From the human T2T-CHM13v2.0 reference genome, Homo sapiens: a DNA stretch of 64,000 nucleotides. The notes beneath the pieces are model-generated. The model was not told the DNA's origin. It saw only the letters and a list, made by a program, of their open reading frames with translations, and made no database searches. The stretch is from assembly GCF_009914755.1 (NCBI RefSeq), contig NC_060938.1; one strand, given 5' to 3'. Made by a program: the position numbers and the translations under genes. Within the stretch, counting starts at the first letter, position 1. Each line of letters opens with the position of its first letter. Positions 34,811 to 49,396 of this stretch are shown here, in pieces.

Positions 34811-37800
34811 TAGCCACTGAGAGGAAAACCCAAGCAGTGGTTTGTCCTTGCTGCCTGCACAAAGCCCAGGCCCACATGCTTGTAACTCCATCTGCACAAG
34901 AGGCTCTCCTCTCCACCCAGTCCCTCTTCGGGGCGGGGAGTCCTGGCAAAACGAGTGGCAATGAAGTGCTTTTATGTTACGAGGCTGTCATGTAAAGCTG
35001 CTGATAGATTCAATCCATCTGTTCCACCTCATTTCGATTAATCCTGGGATCCCTAGGGCCTGAAACCAACTGCAATCTGCACAAGCCCAGGAGCGCCGGC
35101 TCCCCTAACAAGGCCACCCGTGTCTCCGTACCCAGGGACCAACTCGGCCCGGCCGAGGCTACCACGTCATCAGAAAACCCCCTCCCACGGAACACTTCCT
35201 AACTGCCTGTCCTTGTGGCTGCATTCACAGAAACAAACATAAGTCGGTTCTTTGTTCACAGAAAGGAAAACAAATATTTCCTTTGAGCTGACCCAGGAGG
35301 AGGAGAACCGCTGGGAAGGAGCACCTGGAAACTCAAACACCGCAGCATGAGGGCAGAGCCGCTAACTCCTGCCTCTGCCTGTAACCTACTGTGTGGCCTC
35401 AGGCAAGTCACAGTCCCTCTCTGAGCCACACCCTCATCTGTACCAGGATCAGGACTCCACAGTCTCTAAAGGACTTCAGTCTCCTTCAGAAGGGGGAAGG
35501 GAGGGGCTGGAAAAAGAGACGCTGCTGGCAAGAGAGGCACAGCACATCTTTATGGCGTTAACTCGGCTGCCAGCTCTCACCAGCAGGCAAGTGCCCACGC
35601 GTCCAGAAGAACTCAAGGAACCCGGCAGGGAGGGAACCAGAGGATGTTTCAAGTAACCCCAGGAGCTCCTGCCACCTTCCCTTTAGGGCTGGGTGATGCC
35701 CTGGATTGCTCTGTGGGCAGACCTGTCTTATCTGATGCCAGGAAGGGCCTGTTCTGAGCCCCTGAGCCAAAGAAGGGGGCGGGGGGCAGCCCCAGAAACA
35801 CGGGCAGGACACGGCATTCGACTCCTTGGAAGAGAACCTCTGCCCATAAACAGTAGTTCAGGAACCATTTTACAAGAGGAATGCAAGCCGGGTCTCTGCA
35901 TCGGGCTTTAGGAACGACCTGCTGCAGTGATGCCTCGGCAACCACAGGTGCGGATGGTGGGGGAGGGGAAGGCGGGTCAGTAGGTGGACACATCCGTGCA
36001 TACAGACCCCAACAGCAGAGGGATGCTGAGAATCTGCATTTTAAAACCAAAAGAGCCATCAAGATTATCCATAGAGTCAGGAAACTGAGGTCCGGAGCAA
36101 AAAATGACAGAGGCGTAGCCCCACATTCAGGTCTGGAAACCCAGGTCTCCTTGCACTCCGCCCTAGGGCTCCTTATGCCATACCAAGAAGCTTGTATCCA
36201 CTCAGCGGTGTCTGCTGAGTGCATGCCATGCCCTGAGGTGTGTGTTTGGGGTGAGGCAGAAGGACTTCAAGGATTAGGCTAAGGATGGAGAGAGCAGGAC
36301 CCTTTCCCCACAGGACAGCACCTGCAGCAGTTCTGGGCTGCCCTTTCCTCTGTCCCTAAGTCCACCCCTCCTGGCTAAAATGACAGCATCGGTGCTCCAG
36401 TGCTTGGAGTTGATATAAGGGCCCTGATTTTATGGCCGTGAGGGATCGTATGACTGTGACTTCATGGTGGTAGAGTACTTTTTTTTTTTAAGCTTCTTGG
36501 CAAAGTCAGTATTTTTGCTGATGGATGGAAAAGTCAGTAGTTCTGCTGATGGATAAGCAAGAAAGGGGCAGAGAAAGTGTGGCCAGAGGAAACTACGGTA
36601 TGCATGCAGGGTGGGCTGGGACAGGCATGACCCCCCCAGCCAGAATGAGTGTAGTGGTCCCATGGGAGGAGCCATGTGCTGTCCAGGCCCAGCCAACCTC
36701 ACCCGCCGGTGGCAGGAGTACAGAGGCCGGCGGTGGCAGGAGTACAGCACAGACCAAGACCACAGTCTTGGTCCCGAGGAGCCTGTGGAGTCACAGACTG
36801 GGACCAAGACTGCCTCCCACACCCTCCAGTCAGGGGTGGCTCTAGCTGATTTCCTGGGCAGGCACCTATCTGTCCTGGGCACACCCTCCCTAGCTCAGCA
36901 GAAGCAAGGCCTTCCTCGTCCCAGCAAGTAGCTGGGCTGGGGGAACGTGGCGCCTGCCCACACAGTGTCCCATGTCCCACTCCACCGCTCACCCACCCAG
37001 GCCCACAGGCACCTATGCCAGGGCAGGGCTGGGGCCACGCCACACCCTGGCAGCCCTCACCCGGTGGCCTGACAATGCCGCTTCACTCCCAGGCACAAGT
37101 CGGAGCAGGATGGTGGAGGGCACCTAGGAGCCTCCAGCGGTAGATGGCAGCCCAGACCACCCCAGCCTGCTGGGACCTGTGAGGGTGGGAAAGGCAGGCA
37201 GTGGGGGCAGCCAGCCCCCAACCTCACGCCCCAACCTGAGCCCAGGCCTCAGGGTACGAGCACCACAGCACAAGGGGTACCAGCACTCCCGAGTGACCAG
37301 GCCTCCTTGTCCAGTGTCCCAGGGCAGGCATCTGGAGGGCAGGGAGAGCTCCTTGAGGAAGGGCAGCCATTCCCTCTCTCATTTATGCCACACTTCCCGG
37401 GCACCTGCTGGGTGTCTGATGGCATGCCAGTTGGGAGGTGGAGGGTATGAAGCCAAGACTGCTACCCTCAAAGCCAGGAAACAAAGACAAGGAGGACAAA
37501 GCCTGTGGGATGGGGGACAGTGAGGGGCCCAGGGTGTTTGCTATAGGGCCAGGCCCTGTCCTGGGGAGCTCACAGCCTGATCCCACCAGCAAATCCCACC
37601 AGCAAGTCTGGCACCCTAACAGAGGGATGGCAGGCACCTGAGCTGGGGGCACTGGGAGCAGAGGAGAGCGGGGAATCCAGAAAAGCTCCAAGAAGGAGGT
37701 GGCCGGAAGCTGAAATGGGAAAGAACAAGGAGCAGGTGACATCCAGGTAGATGGCAGTGGTGCGGGGGGGGGCGGGCGGGGGGGGGAGGCGTGTGTTAGT

Positions 37801-39619
37801 GCAGGGAGGGCTAGGAATAAAGGAAAAGGAAGACACAGAAGGTGCCCCCATCTTGTGTCTCTGGCTACAGTCCCACGATGAAGGACAACTGAGAACCAGA
37901 TGTGCACAGAACCACCGTTCAGGGAGTCTGGACCCAGCCCTGTCTGCACGTTATCTAAACGGTGACAGCAGCAGCTTTGGAGTCCCCTCTGCCGGCTCCA
38001 CCACCACGTTGCTGCTGGGCCTCGGCATCAAGCCCTGCCAGGTGGCCAGAAAGGCAGGTGGCCGGGCAGGCAGGCATCACTTAACCTAGCGACAATCAAG
38101 CCTGTGCCTGGCATGAAGTCAGGCCCCCGGAGGTGCTGGCTGAACCTGAGGCCTTTCCTAGCCGTCAAGTTTTGCTGGGCACTGTGCTCTCAACATGCTC
38201 CGGGGCGACACACCATCCTCCCTCCTGCTTCAACACAGGGCAGCTCTGCAGGGGGCAAACACAGGAAGCCACAGTCACCACAGTGAGCCCATAAAGGAAG
38301 ACAGTCCCAGCTACCTGTGTGTGCGAGGAGTGGGGTCCATTCTAGAGATCCCCAGGAATGCACAAACCGTCCCCAGCCCCTGGGCTCAGGACCAAGGAGG
38401 AAGAACTGAGCTGGGACATCTGCTGGGGCCACCTTCTCTCTTCTCCCTCTGGCCTCAGGAGGGCCAAGAAAAACACACACGATACCAGTGCCCTATGGTG
38501 GTCTGGACTCAAGAGAGCTGGCTTGGACGCTATGCTGAGAACACTAGGGGCAGGTCTGGCCCTGGGAGCAAGTGTGCCACGGTTCATCAGTGACATCTGC
38601 CTGGGGCCAAGCAGAACTTGTGCTGGTCAAATAGCAAAGGATGAAGAGAAGGAAAAATTCTACACACATGGGAACCATGAGTCTCCAGCATGGATAAATA
38701 AGACTGTAATTACCCCTCCTTAGCCCCCACTCGCTCCTCCAAAAAAGCTTTCTGGAGGAAACAGACAGCAGAGCAGACATTTCATGCAAACTGGTCTCTT
38801 TTCATTACAGGAGTTTGCAGCAAAAGATCAGACTTCATCTAGAGAGCAAGAAACTCTCTATTCTATCACCAAGAATGTATTCTATAGCAGGAAACTGGGG
38901 GAGGGCATATCGGGACACAGTTGAAAAGCCGGGGAGGAGGAAGGTTCAGAAGTGACAAGTTTCTAATGACTAATATCTCGGCAGGAAGTGAAAATCTCAA
39001 AAGATGTTATCAACTTTGCAGCAGCTGTCCAAGTTGGGGGGTGGGCAGGGGTTGGAGGTGACCTGGCAGCCCAGCCGGTCCCCTGCCCACCCGCACCTGA
39101 CAAAATCCTCTCTGTCCAGCCACACTTGCCTCCAATGCCTTCCTCAAACCCCTCCGCCGGCAATGATCACTTCCTCAGCAATCAGTGCCCCCAGGCCCCT
39201 CTCTCGTGTCCCTGCCTGAGTCCCACACAGGGAACTGAGATCCTCAGGGTCCCCAGGGCAGATGCTGGAACATGCTCACCTCTGAATCCCCCCAGGGCTC
39301 TGCACAGTGTGGCCCACAGCAGATGCCTGCCAGCTGCTGGCTAAATGGAACTGGCTGCGGGGAGGAAGGCTCTGGTGAGAACAGAGGCTTTTTGGGACCT
39401 CCAACTAAACGCACCCTCCCCCATCTACAGTGTAAAGAACACTTTATTTCGAACAGCAATAAATCAGCATGCTGCATAAACCAGGAGCTTGGCTAGACAC
39501 ACTGTGTCTATTACCTCTCATCCTAACTCTTGCAGGCAGTAGCAGGGTTAAGTCCACCAGGTATCTGCTAATGCAAGGTCCATTTGATCAATAGGTATTT
39601 TTCATTGCTTGGAATATTG

Positions 39620-39900
39620 GAGTAAATGAGAGGGCTAAAGAGGTAAATATATGTCACATGTGTGTGTTAAGAAGCAAAATAAAGGAACATAGGAGGAAGT
39701 GACAGAAAACATAGCTCTTACAGACAGGTGGTCAAAGAGGGCCCTCGATGAATCGTCAGCTGAACAAAATGCGAGTGTAGGGAGGGTGTGAGCCAGGTGG
39801 ACGGGTGGAACTGGAGAATCCCAGGCAGAGGGAACAGCCAGGGGCAAGGGGTTACAGCCAGAACAGGCCGTGCAGTCCTGCTGAGCACAGAGCCTGGGGT
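39620..39900. mobile_element. L2 fragment
   Basis: gtggtcaaagaggg...agctgaac...ccaggcagagggaacagcc motif. Confidence 0.55.
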
Positions 39901-40480
39901 GGCCCAACCGACCTTTGAGGCCATTCCAACAGTCTGGCAGCATCTGCAGTGGTCTCTGCAGTCAGGCTCATTCCGAAGCCTCAGGAGGCACAAGGAAGTC
40001 TCACACAAGTAACTCACTGTGATCCCAGGGGTAGTTTAAGCTTGGGTTCCAGGCACAGATGACTGGTAGTGGTTACCTAGAGTTCTGTGTTGAGAAGGAT
40101 TCTGAGGCCAGATCTGGGCTCAGAGACAAAGAGGGCCAAGATCGGTCAATGGTGCCTGTCAGAGCCAGGAATGAAGATGTGGTGACACTCCCTTACGGAG
40201 CCCAATGGGACAGGCACTGTAACACGTATGTGGTATACAACATGCCGAGGGGATGTGGGCAAAACACCAGGAACTCTCTTCACTAGTTACGAAGCTACAG
40301 ACTGAGTTTCCTCTGCTAAACCAGCCTTACTCTTCGAGTCTCCTTCTTGGGCTGTGGGCTCCTGAGGGTGGTGATCTGGGCGGTCTCGCTCCCCAGGGCT
40401 CTCCCAGGGCCTGGCACACAGCAGGGCTCAGCCATCATTTGCCAAATGAGCTAATGAAGGGCCACAGGCCCCAGGGTTAG

Positions 40481-40535
40481 CATGCGCGCGTGTCTGTGTG
40501 TGTGTGTGCGCGCGCGCATGTGGGAGAGAGAGAGA
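40481..40535. repeat. Alternating purine-pyrimidine tract (CG/TG) followed by (GA)n
   Basis: catgcgcgcgtgtctgtgtgtgtgtgtgcgcgcgcgcatgtg. Confidence 0.9.
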
Positions 40536-41119
40536 CAGGCTGTGTGAACAGCCTGAATCTAAAGGACTGGGACAGAAACAATGCCCTTCAATTAGACCAA
40601 CTGGACCCCTGCTGTGTGAGGCTCCGACCTGAGGACTCCAAAAAAAATCAAATCAGATGAAGCTTATTCTTCCTTTTTTCCTTTAAGTAGGGAAGCTTTT
40701 CTTCAGATGTGGGTGAGGTGGGGAAGAGGGGGGTGGGCAGCGGAATCAAAGAGCGTTTTCGGGGAAGGAGGGAAGGGCAGGCGCACAGACCCGCCCCGGC
40801 ACCTGCTCACGAGGCAGACCAGCTGCTCTGGCTTCCCCGCAGGGCCGGCCGAGAGCCCACACTTCAGGCAAATAAAAGCACCCTCACCAGCTGTTCCCAT
40901 GGCCAAGCCAAGCAGGATGGCAGTCTGTGCCAGCCCTGCCTCGGCAGCAAGTGGACTCTTCCAGCCCAAGCCACGAGATGAGGGGAGACTCAACCCTGTC
41001 CGTGCCCGGAGCACCTTCCCTGTGCGAGGCTCCTCAGGGCGAGTGGGGGGCAAATGTCTCCTTCTGATCTGACCCTTTCCAGCAGGCATGCATCTTCTTG
41101 CGTTCAATGGGGCAGGTGC

Positions 41120-41280
41120 CGTAACTGTGCCCATTTTACAGAGGAATAAACTGAGATACAGACAGTAAGGATGTGCCCTGGGGTCACATGACTACAAGTG
41201 GCGAGGCTGGGGCTGGAAACGTAGACCTTCCAGCCCCGCGAGTTCACAGGAGAAGAGGCTTGAACCCAGTCAGCCAACAG
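41120..41280. mobile_element. MIR
   Basis: cccattttacagaggaataaactgagata...ggtcaca. Confidence 0.7.
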
Positions 41281-41584
41281 CCAGCAGCCCAAATGTATCT
41301 GCGGAGGAGACCTGAGGAGCTGGCAGGCGCAGAGGACCCTTTAGGCTGTGGCAGCCAGGAAAGGCCACACTTGTCACTCCCGCTGCTGCCCCCCAGGACA
41401 GGGTGACGATCATAGGTCAGGCTTCTCTCCTGTGAGCTCAGAGCCTCCTGAAACACCCAGGTGCTCGTCGCCGGGCATATGCATGTCTGGCTGGTGGTGG
41501 GGGCGCTGTCTGCTCCTGCTCCCTGACCTTGGTCGCCATCTTCTGCGCTTTGCACACTCATGACTGCCTCGATTTTATATCCAC

Positions 41585-41725
41585 TCATGTGTTCATTCAC
41601 TCACCCAACAAGCGTTTAGTGAGCCCCCGTCCCCTCAAGGCATGTGCTAGGAGCCAGGGCGTTATAGTGAATGGAAACAGATAGGACCCCTGCCCCCCAG
41701 GAACCACAGTCAAGGTAGTGAGGGA
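41585..41725. mobile_element. L2 3' end
   Basis: ttcattcactcacccaacaagcgttta..gagc...gtgctagg. Confidence 0.6.
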
Positions 41726-43859
41726 CTTTTATCCACCGCCGTCTCTGGAGAGCCCACAGGTGGGAACACAGCCCTGGTGGGGCACAGGGAGGCTCTAAAC
41801 AAACATTTCCTGCATGAACGCAGAGGTGAGAAGGAATGCCGGGAAGCCTGCAGCTGGGCATCCTGAGAGCCACCTGGCAGCAGAGGCAGAGAGCAGAGAT
41901 GCGGAAGAGTGGCTGGTGCTGTCTGTGGGGAGGCCCAGGGGTCCCCTGGATGGTGCCCTCCCATGGGGGCCACGCACCCCCAGGTAAGCCCAGTGTCGGT
42001 TCAGCCCCCAGCTGGCTGCCCACGACACCCAGGCCTGCCGAGGTAGGAAAGGATGTCTGTCTCTCAGTCACACTGCCGAGCCCCTGAGGTTAATATCCCA
42101 AAGTGACTGCCACAGCCCCGGCCACCCAGACCTGGGAAAGTGGGGCTGGCCCCAGGACATCGTGAAGAACTGCTCCGGGTGGGCAGACCAGCCACTCCAC
42201 ACCCACCCGAGCAAAGCTGCCTGCCCGCCCCCCCTCCCTAACCAACTGCCACAAAGTGGCTCTCACCCTGTGTCCACTGAGACACTGGTCTTGAAGAAAG
42301 GAGAAAAAACAAAGAGAAACAGAAACCATGAAAAAGCACCCCCACCTGAACAAACAAGCTCATCCCACCTCAGACTGCCTGCCCTGAGCTTTTCTCAGGA
42401 GGAGGGGGTGGCAGTGGCCACTGAGGGCTGGCAGCATCAGTTGCCAGGGACAGGGCATGGGTGCCACGCGAGCCCTTCCACCCATTCCTGTGTGGCAGGC
42501 TGAGACATGAGCTTACTCTTCCACCGCGGAGCTCCCAGCCTGAGGCCTGCTGTGAAGATGACAGTTCACGCGCATGAGAGCCGGAGCGATGGTGCTGAAC
42601 TGCTGACGATCTATGCCACTTAGCTCTGAGGTCGGCAGGCGCGGTTATTCACTCCCTGAACCAGCGAGCAAGTGGAGTTCAGGGGGTTAAGGGATGCACC
42701 CCGGCCACCCGAGCATGGGACGCATCATGGGACTCGTCGTCAGTTCTTGAGAGTCCAGATCTCTTGCTAAATGCAGATGGCCCCCCCCCGGTGCCACTTC
42801 AAGGTTCTGACTTTTTTAACCCACAGGATTCACAGTATAATCATTATGTACCCAGAAGTGCTAAGAACCATGGTGGGGAGGGTTACAAGATGCACCCCTG
42901 AGAATTATGTTCATCTGTGAGTAACAAAGACCTTAAAAATTGTGACTTACACAAGATTGAAGTTTCTCAGGAGACAGGCAGCCCAAAGCTGCTATACGAG
43001 CCCCCCAGTGCTGGGTGTCAGGGACCAGTCTCTGTCTGGTTGCCCCTCTGTGGGGACTGGACCTCCAGCCATTACGCTGCAGTGCGTGCAGCAGGAAGGA
43101 GGAAGGGGGAAGGGAGGCGCGCTGCCTCCTCCTTCTAGGAAGGCTTCCCAGGAGCACACGACGCTGCTCCATACATGCCATGCAGCCACATGGCACTGCC
43201 TAGCTGAGGGGAGACTGGGGGTTCTTTAAGTAAGGAAGAAGAGGAGAGTGGTACAGAATTGGGCAGAAATCTGCCACATTAGAGGAGATAAAACATGACC
43301 TCTGGCCCTGTGGAGATTACCAGCTCATTAAAAGACACACGCACATGTGGAAATGATTAGTGGGTGAGGCCATCTATAACAAGGCAATAATTGTGTGACA
43401 CAGATAGGAAACAGTAGTTGAGGAAGTGCAAAGCCGCAAGCTGGCAGAGGTCACTACAGCCAGCAGGCATCCTGAAGTGGGGAGGCCTGAGCTGGAGGGA
43501 CAGGGGGTGACAAGAGAAGCAGGGGAAAGAGTAACTGGAAAAGCAGACTCCACCCCCTCCCCCAGTGAACGCCAGGCCATCACAGCCTCAGCTAAACCAG
43601 CTTGGGGCCCGGGGAGCGCTGGGCCTGACATGCAGGGAACTGGGTTAATTGTTCATGGCAGTCCTTGGCTCGGGACACTCATCTTTGGTTTGCACATGGC
43701 CCACTTCCACTTAGTCACTTTTCACAATGTAATAACCACCTGCACACCCACCAGCTGAAACAAAGGCTAGGGCCTTGACAATAACCTACAGCCAACCAGA
43801 TGGCGCCCCCAGCACACTGCCACCTCCTGCCACCCAAGACACCAAAAACGGAATGAGAA

Positions 43860-44340
43860 GTACACATTCCCATGCTCTTTTTTATGTAGTTTTATTGCAC
43901 CTGTAAATTTTCCTAGAGAGTACAGTCATTGTAGTTGCTTTTAACTTTATTTTTAAAAGGCATAGTGCTGTAAGTCATCATTGGGAACATGCTATTTTTA
44001 CTAATATTTATGATATTGCCAGAATCCACCTACATCACTGAAGTTATGCTGCAGTTAATGTGTTTGGACAGCTGTATAATATTCCATTGTGTGATCGTGT
44101 CTTCGTGTATTCATCCCTTCTCCCACTGATGGGCATCTGGGTGGCTTCCAGGTTTCTGTTATTGTGTGCAGAAGGGCTGTGAAGTCCCAGGCATCCATGT
44201 GCAGAAGTTACTCCGGGATACCCTTAGGAGAGAAATCAGCTGGGCCACAGTACGGTGTGTGGATGTGGAACTTTAGGCTTTACTGCCGGAGAGTTTTTCC
44301 AAAGTCAGCACAGCAATTTGCATTCCCACCAGCAGCTGAG
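43860..44340 (-). mobile_element. Old L1M(E) fragment
   Basis: tataatattccattgtgtg...tgatgggcatctgggtggcttccag...caatttgcattcccaccagcag. Confidence 0.7.
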
Positions 44341-46776
44341 GAAAAGCAGAACAGCAAAAACTTGCGACACACTGGAGGCCCACGAGAGTTCTGATCCCTT
44401 CTCTGACCCCTCATGTTACTGGTCCCTTGACAGGGAGCAAACAGACGCACTATGACCCAGCATCACAAACTAATGTGTGGAAAGGCTGGGTCTTATCCCC
44501 GAGCCAACCTGACTCAAACCCCAAGCTCCTGGCACCAACGCCTCCCATGCCTCAGGGCAAGAAGCCACAGGGGGAGGCAGCTCTGAGAGGCAGAGGATGA
44601 GGTTGCAGTCAGAGGATCACATCAAGATGGACACCTCCAGAGGGTCAAGTTCACGGTCAAGGGCTGAAATGCAGACACTCCCAGACCTGTGTGTACAGGA
44701 TGTGGCCTTGGCCACCCGGGGCAGCTAGGAACTGGGCCCACACATGTGCTGTTGCAAGGTCTTCTACTCCGGTGTTTCTCACTCCATGTTTACTGCCTGA
44801 TTCAGGTGCCTCCAGGGGATCACACGAGCAGAAGTGGGACGCTGACGGTGCCTCCTGGGGTAGGAACTCCGGCCTCAAGCTCACCTTCTTCCACTCCGCC
44901 CCAGCACCCATTCTCCTTGCTGGCTGTCAGTGCCACTCCCAGAAGAGCCCACAGTGATGGCCTTCCATGGCCAGGCCTGGCAGCCACACCCCGTGCCCGG
45001 GCCTCCTGCGGGGGTGTCTTGTTCACTGTCCACTTCCACTGGGTTTGTTTGAAGCCAATGCGAAAACTCAAACGCTGTGTCTGCCCGCAAGAAGTTTAGT
45101 TACCGGAAAAAGGGTCTATCCTGAAAACAGGATGAGAAGATTTTACTAAAGGAAAAGGCGTTTGGGGGCTGAATACAGGCTCACTACGGGGATATCGAAA
45201 GGGGTAAAACTGTTGGGAACTGCGCGAGCCCACCGTGAGAACCAACTCCACGCTGAAGGTCCTTTCTCCTTACAGGGGTGTCTCCCTTGCCAGCTTCCGG
45301 AGCAGGGTCCTGAGACAGTCAGGGTCCCTCCCCCACCTCATTCATTTCCTCATATTTGTTTTCCCACATATATGTTCAATCAATATTTGTCTAGTAAAAA
45401 CAAAACTCACATTACTATTTATGCAAGAGTACAAATAACCTTTGTAAAACTGTTAATAATAGGATTCGGCTATCTTGGGGCGGCTGGACATACTGCAGCT
45501 TTTCAGAAAACCTTACATAAAGCACACCAGTGTTCAGCTAGGAGGCGGCAGCAGCAAAGTCCCAAGAACAAAGTGCTGGTGTAGGAGTCAGGCCCGCATC
45601 TCTCAATAGGTAAATCAGTTTTTAGAAGAGCGCCAAAAATTACATGCAAGCCAAAAAGTTGTCATTAGAATTCTATACACTTTAAAAACATTTTTATTGT
45701 GAAAAGTCTCAAATGCAAATAAAAGCAGACAGTACAATAAGCCCCTGTATACCCTCCAATTCAACAACAAGCAAGATTGGCTCCATCTATCTTTTTTCCC
45801 TTTGCTGTAAAGGGAAAGAATTTTAAAGCAAACTCCAGCATCATGTCATTCCACTTCTCCATCAGAATGTGCCTCTAAAGAATATTGGCGTTTTCTTACA
45901 TAACCACAATTACATGCTCTGAAGTTGTTTTTTTTTCCCCTATGTGCCTCTTAAAATGAAGGCCTCTGTATGTGTTTGGAGGCCAGCCCAGAAGTAGGAG
46001 ACAGAGGGAAGGGGCGGGGGAGACCATGGAGAGAGAACTGTGTTGGTGGAAGCTGCAGTCCCCAGGGAGCGTTTGTGATTTGCACGCCCCGTATCCTCCC
46101 TGTAGTCCTCCCTTCTGTGACTATAACCGCTAACCACCAGCCAAGGAGAATGGGAACTTGGAAGGCTGACAACGTGGCCCACCAATCCGGTAAGGGTGTA
46201 ATAGCATTGCTGGTGGAAAAATTTAAGTAACTCTTCTAAGTGCCAAACTGATGCCCCTTCCTGCAAGAAAAATGGACCACAAACAGGGCTGTGAAGCAGT
46301 GTGTGCCCTGGTCCACCCTCTGTTTAACCCACTGAAAGCCACTGGTCCCATTACAGGAAAGGTTACCTCCATCACTCAGGGGCTCCCAGAGAAGCACCTG
46401 TGGGTGGGCAGAACTGAAAGGTGTGGGGCTTTCCCGGTACGGTCTGAGTCTCCTGTCCCCCAGCTTGTCCTCTGAAGGAGACTGTGACCCACCAGACCCC
46501 TCACACATGCCCGTGAGGGGGTCAAACTCCAAATCTCAAACAACCTGTGCACAGGGTACTGGGGACACAGATGTGACCAACCAGCCCGCAAACTTGGGGA
46601 GGAATTTTTTGGGTTTAGGATGTGATCTTCTCTATATTCTCTATGCCCACGAAAGTTGCATCCTCTTCCTGCTACTGAAGAAAAATGCTTTAAAACTTGA
46701 CCCAAGAAGAGAGCAGGCAGCAACACTTTCTGCCCCAGGTGGCCCCTGCAGGGGACTGCAGACTGTCTTCCATTCA

Positions 46777-47086
<310 letters not shown>

Positions 47087-47269
47087 ACCGGCCCTTTCTT
47101 GCGAGACTCAGCTCACTCCTCTCTCCAGTCCGAGCCCACCTCCCTGCCTCCTTCTTGATGCCTTCCACGGTGTATTTTCTGAACAGCCCATTTTATCACG
47201 ACATCTTGTCTTCATTGTTTCACACTTTGACTCATCCTCTACTAGGATAGGTTCTGTAATGTCAGGGAA

Positions 47270-47400
47270 GTAGAAAGAGCACTGGGTTGGATCTCAGCAG
47301 CCTTAGGTTTAAGTTTCAGACCCGCCATTAAATACAGAGACAAGTCACAATTTCTCTGGGCCCTGGTTTTCTCATCTGTAAGATGAGAGATAGCAAACAC
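47270..47400. mobile_element. MIR
   Basis: gtagaaagagcactgg...caagtcac...ctctgggcc..gttttctcatctgtaagatg. Confidence 0.7.
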
Positions 47401-49396
47401 TGTGTATGGAGCGCTACTGTCCACCTCCTGCCCCCACAGCAGACATCACTAATTGATGAAGCACTCTTTTCCACAAATCTCAACGCAGAGGCCTCATAAT
47501 CCTTCTCAACACAGCCCTCTGGGCAGCCACAACCAATCAACTCAAGATTAAACCTATCTGCCACTCCCTGGACCAGGTGGTTTCCAGAGACCCTTTCAAC
47601 ATGGCGGGCCCCATGACACAGCACCTTGGAGATTATGCAAAACATGAGAACACAATCTTTCCCCAGCTTATCTGGACTCTAAATTGGCCTTCTTTGTCAG
47701 GAATAACAGACCCTGAAAGGTTCTTCAAAGTCAGGTCCCTAACAAAGCTGTTCCATCTCCAGCTCAGCGTGTTTCCCTTTGTTCTACAGGACATGGGTCC
47801 TACAGACACCATCTAGCAGGTGAGGCAGAGATGACCCAGAGAAGACGGAGAAATACACAACCACCAAAGCTGGGGATGAAATTAAATCTGACCTCAGCCC
47901 AAGAAGTAGGTACAGGCATGCATAGATGCTCCCAAGGACTACCTGGCCTCCTACAGAAAATTCAAGGGACGACCTTGTCTGCTTGGATTTTTGGCACAGA
48001 CTCAAGCGAACACTCCAAACCCAGGCTACGCACCCGCTTTAAAATTCTCTGCTTTATCTCCTGCAATATAAAGACTAGGGCCTCTCAGGGCCCAGGTGTC
48101 ATCTGATTGTGCCTCTTTAACAACCAGTGTCACAGGCCCCGGAAATCTGAAAAGCCCTGGGCTGTGACCCTCATCCTACTTACCCAGGAGGCTACAAAGC
48201 AGGGGCCTGTCAGTCACTATCCCTCCTTCCATCCTCCAACTCTGGGGTTGCTCCTGCCTCCCGCAAAGCCTCATCTTAAAGCCAGATCCTACTGAAGGAC
48301 CCCAGGGCTCCAGTGCACCCCTTCCCAGCACCTTCCAGCCCAGTGCCTTCCTGCATCACTGCAGCCTCCAGCTTTCTTATAGAGCCCTATTCTCCTCACC
48401 ATCTGTAGACTTGGAGCTGGGGAAGCTGCTTCTCAAAGGTAAGAGAGTCACCCCCTCGAACCCTGGCTCTGCCAGGCCTGGAGTGCCCAGGGCAATCCGT
48501 TCCACAGAACGGCTCATCTCCCAAGGAGACTGCCCAAAGCCCAGGCTGGCCATGCTGCCGTGGGGGGCCCAGCCAGGAATCTCAGGGGGCCATGAACAGA
48601 ACCCCCAAGAAAGACTGTCGTTGTTTCCACCAAACACCACTACTTTGATCAAGGCCTCCTCCCCAGCACCAAGGAATGAGAAAGCCCCTCCCTCTTTCTG
48701 CTTGGGCACTCAGATGTCCGGGAGCCAGGAGGAAGGGGGTGGAGAAAGTGGGGAGCCAGGGACACTCTGCCTCCTCGGAGGTCGCCAGGCACTTATTAAA
48801 CTGTCTCATCCTTGCTGGCTGAGGATACTCCACGAGGTATCGGTTTACTTTGCAAAACCAGTTCTTGCTGCTTAATAGTGTGGGGACCGGATGAATGGCC
48901 AGTTGGAAACCAGACACCCCTGGGAACAGCCCCATTCCTGGGGAAAGCAAGCACTGGGAAAAGACACAAGGACTCCCGCAGGTCACAAACCATTTTATTA
49001 CCCACATTGTGCTGTGACAGGGAGGGGTCTCCAATGAAGAGGACCTAGCACTGGAAGGTGATAGCCCCAGAAGAGAAGAGGCTTCTTTCTCACCGTGAGG
49101 CAGAAACAAATTTATCTGTATGTAAACTTTTCCAGTAATGGGTGATGCTGTGACACCTGCAGAAAGCAGCCTCCCTCTGTTACTACTATAAACGCCCATT
49201 CTGCAGGCAGTGTGAGGGCACAGCCTTCTGGAGTGCCACACCTGGGTACCACGGCACACTGGTGCATCCCGGGAAGATGTTCCTAGGGCACCACATCTGG
49301 GTACCAAGAGGACTGGTGCATCCAATTAGACCGAGGTGCAAAAGCCAATGCGTCAACATCCAAGCCATGAAGATTATCCAAAAACTCTCAGGTGGA

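Noticed and set aside
48582-49325. 247-aa minus-strand ORF just downstream of the retrocopy
   Set aside because: No recognisable domain or codon signature; expected by chance in GC-rich DNA.
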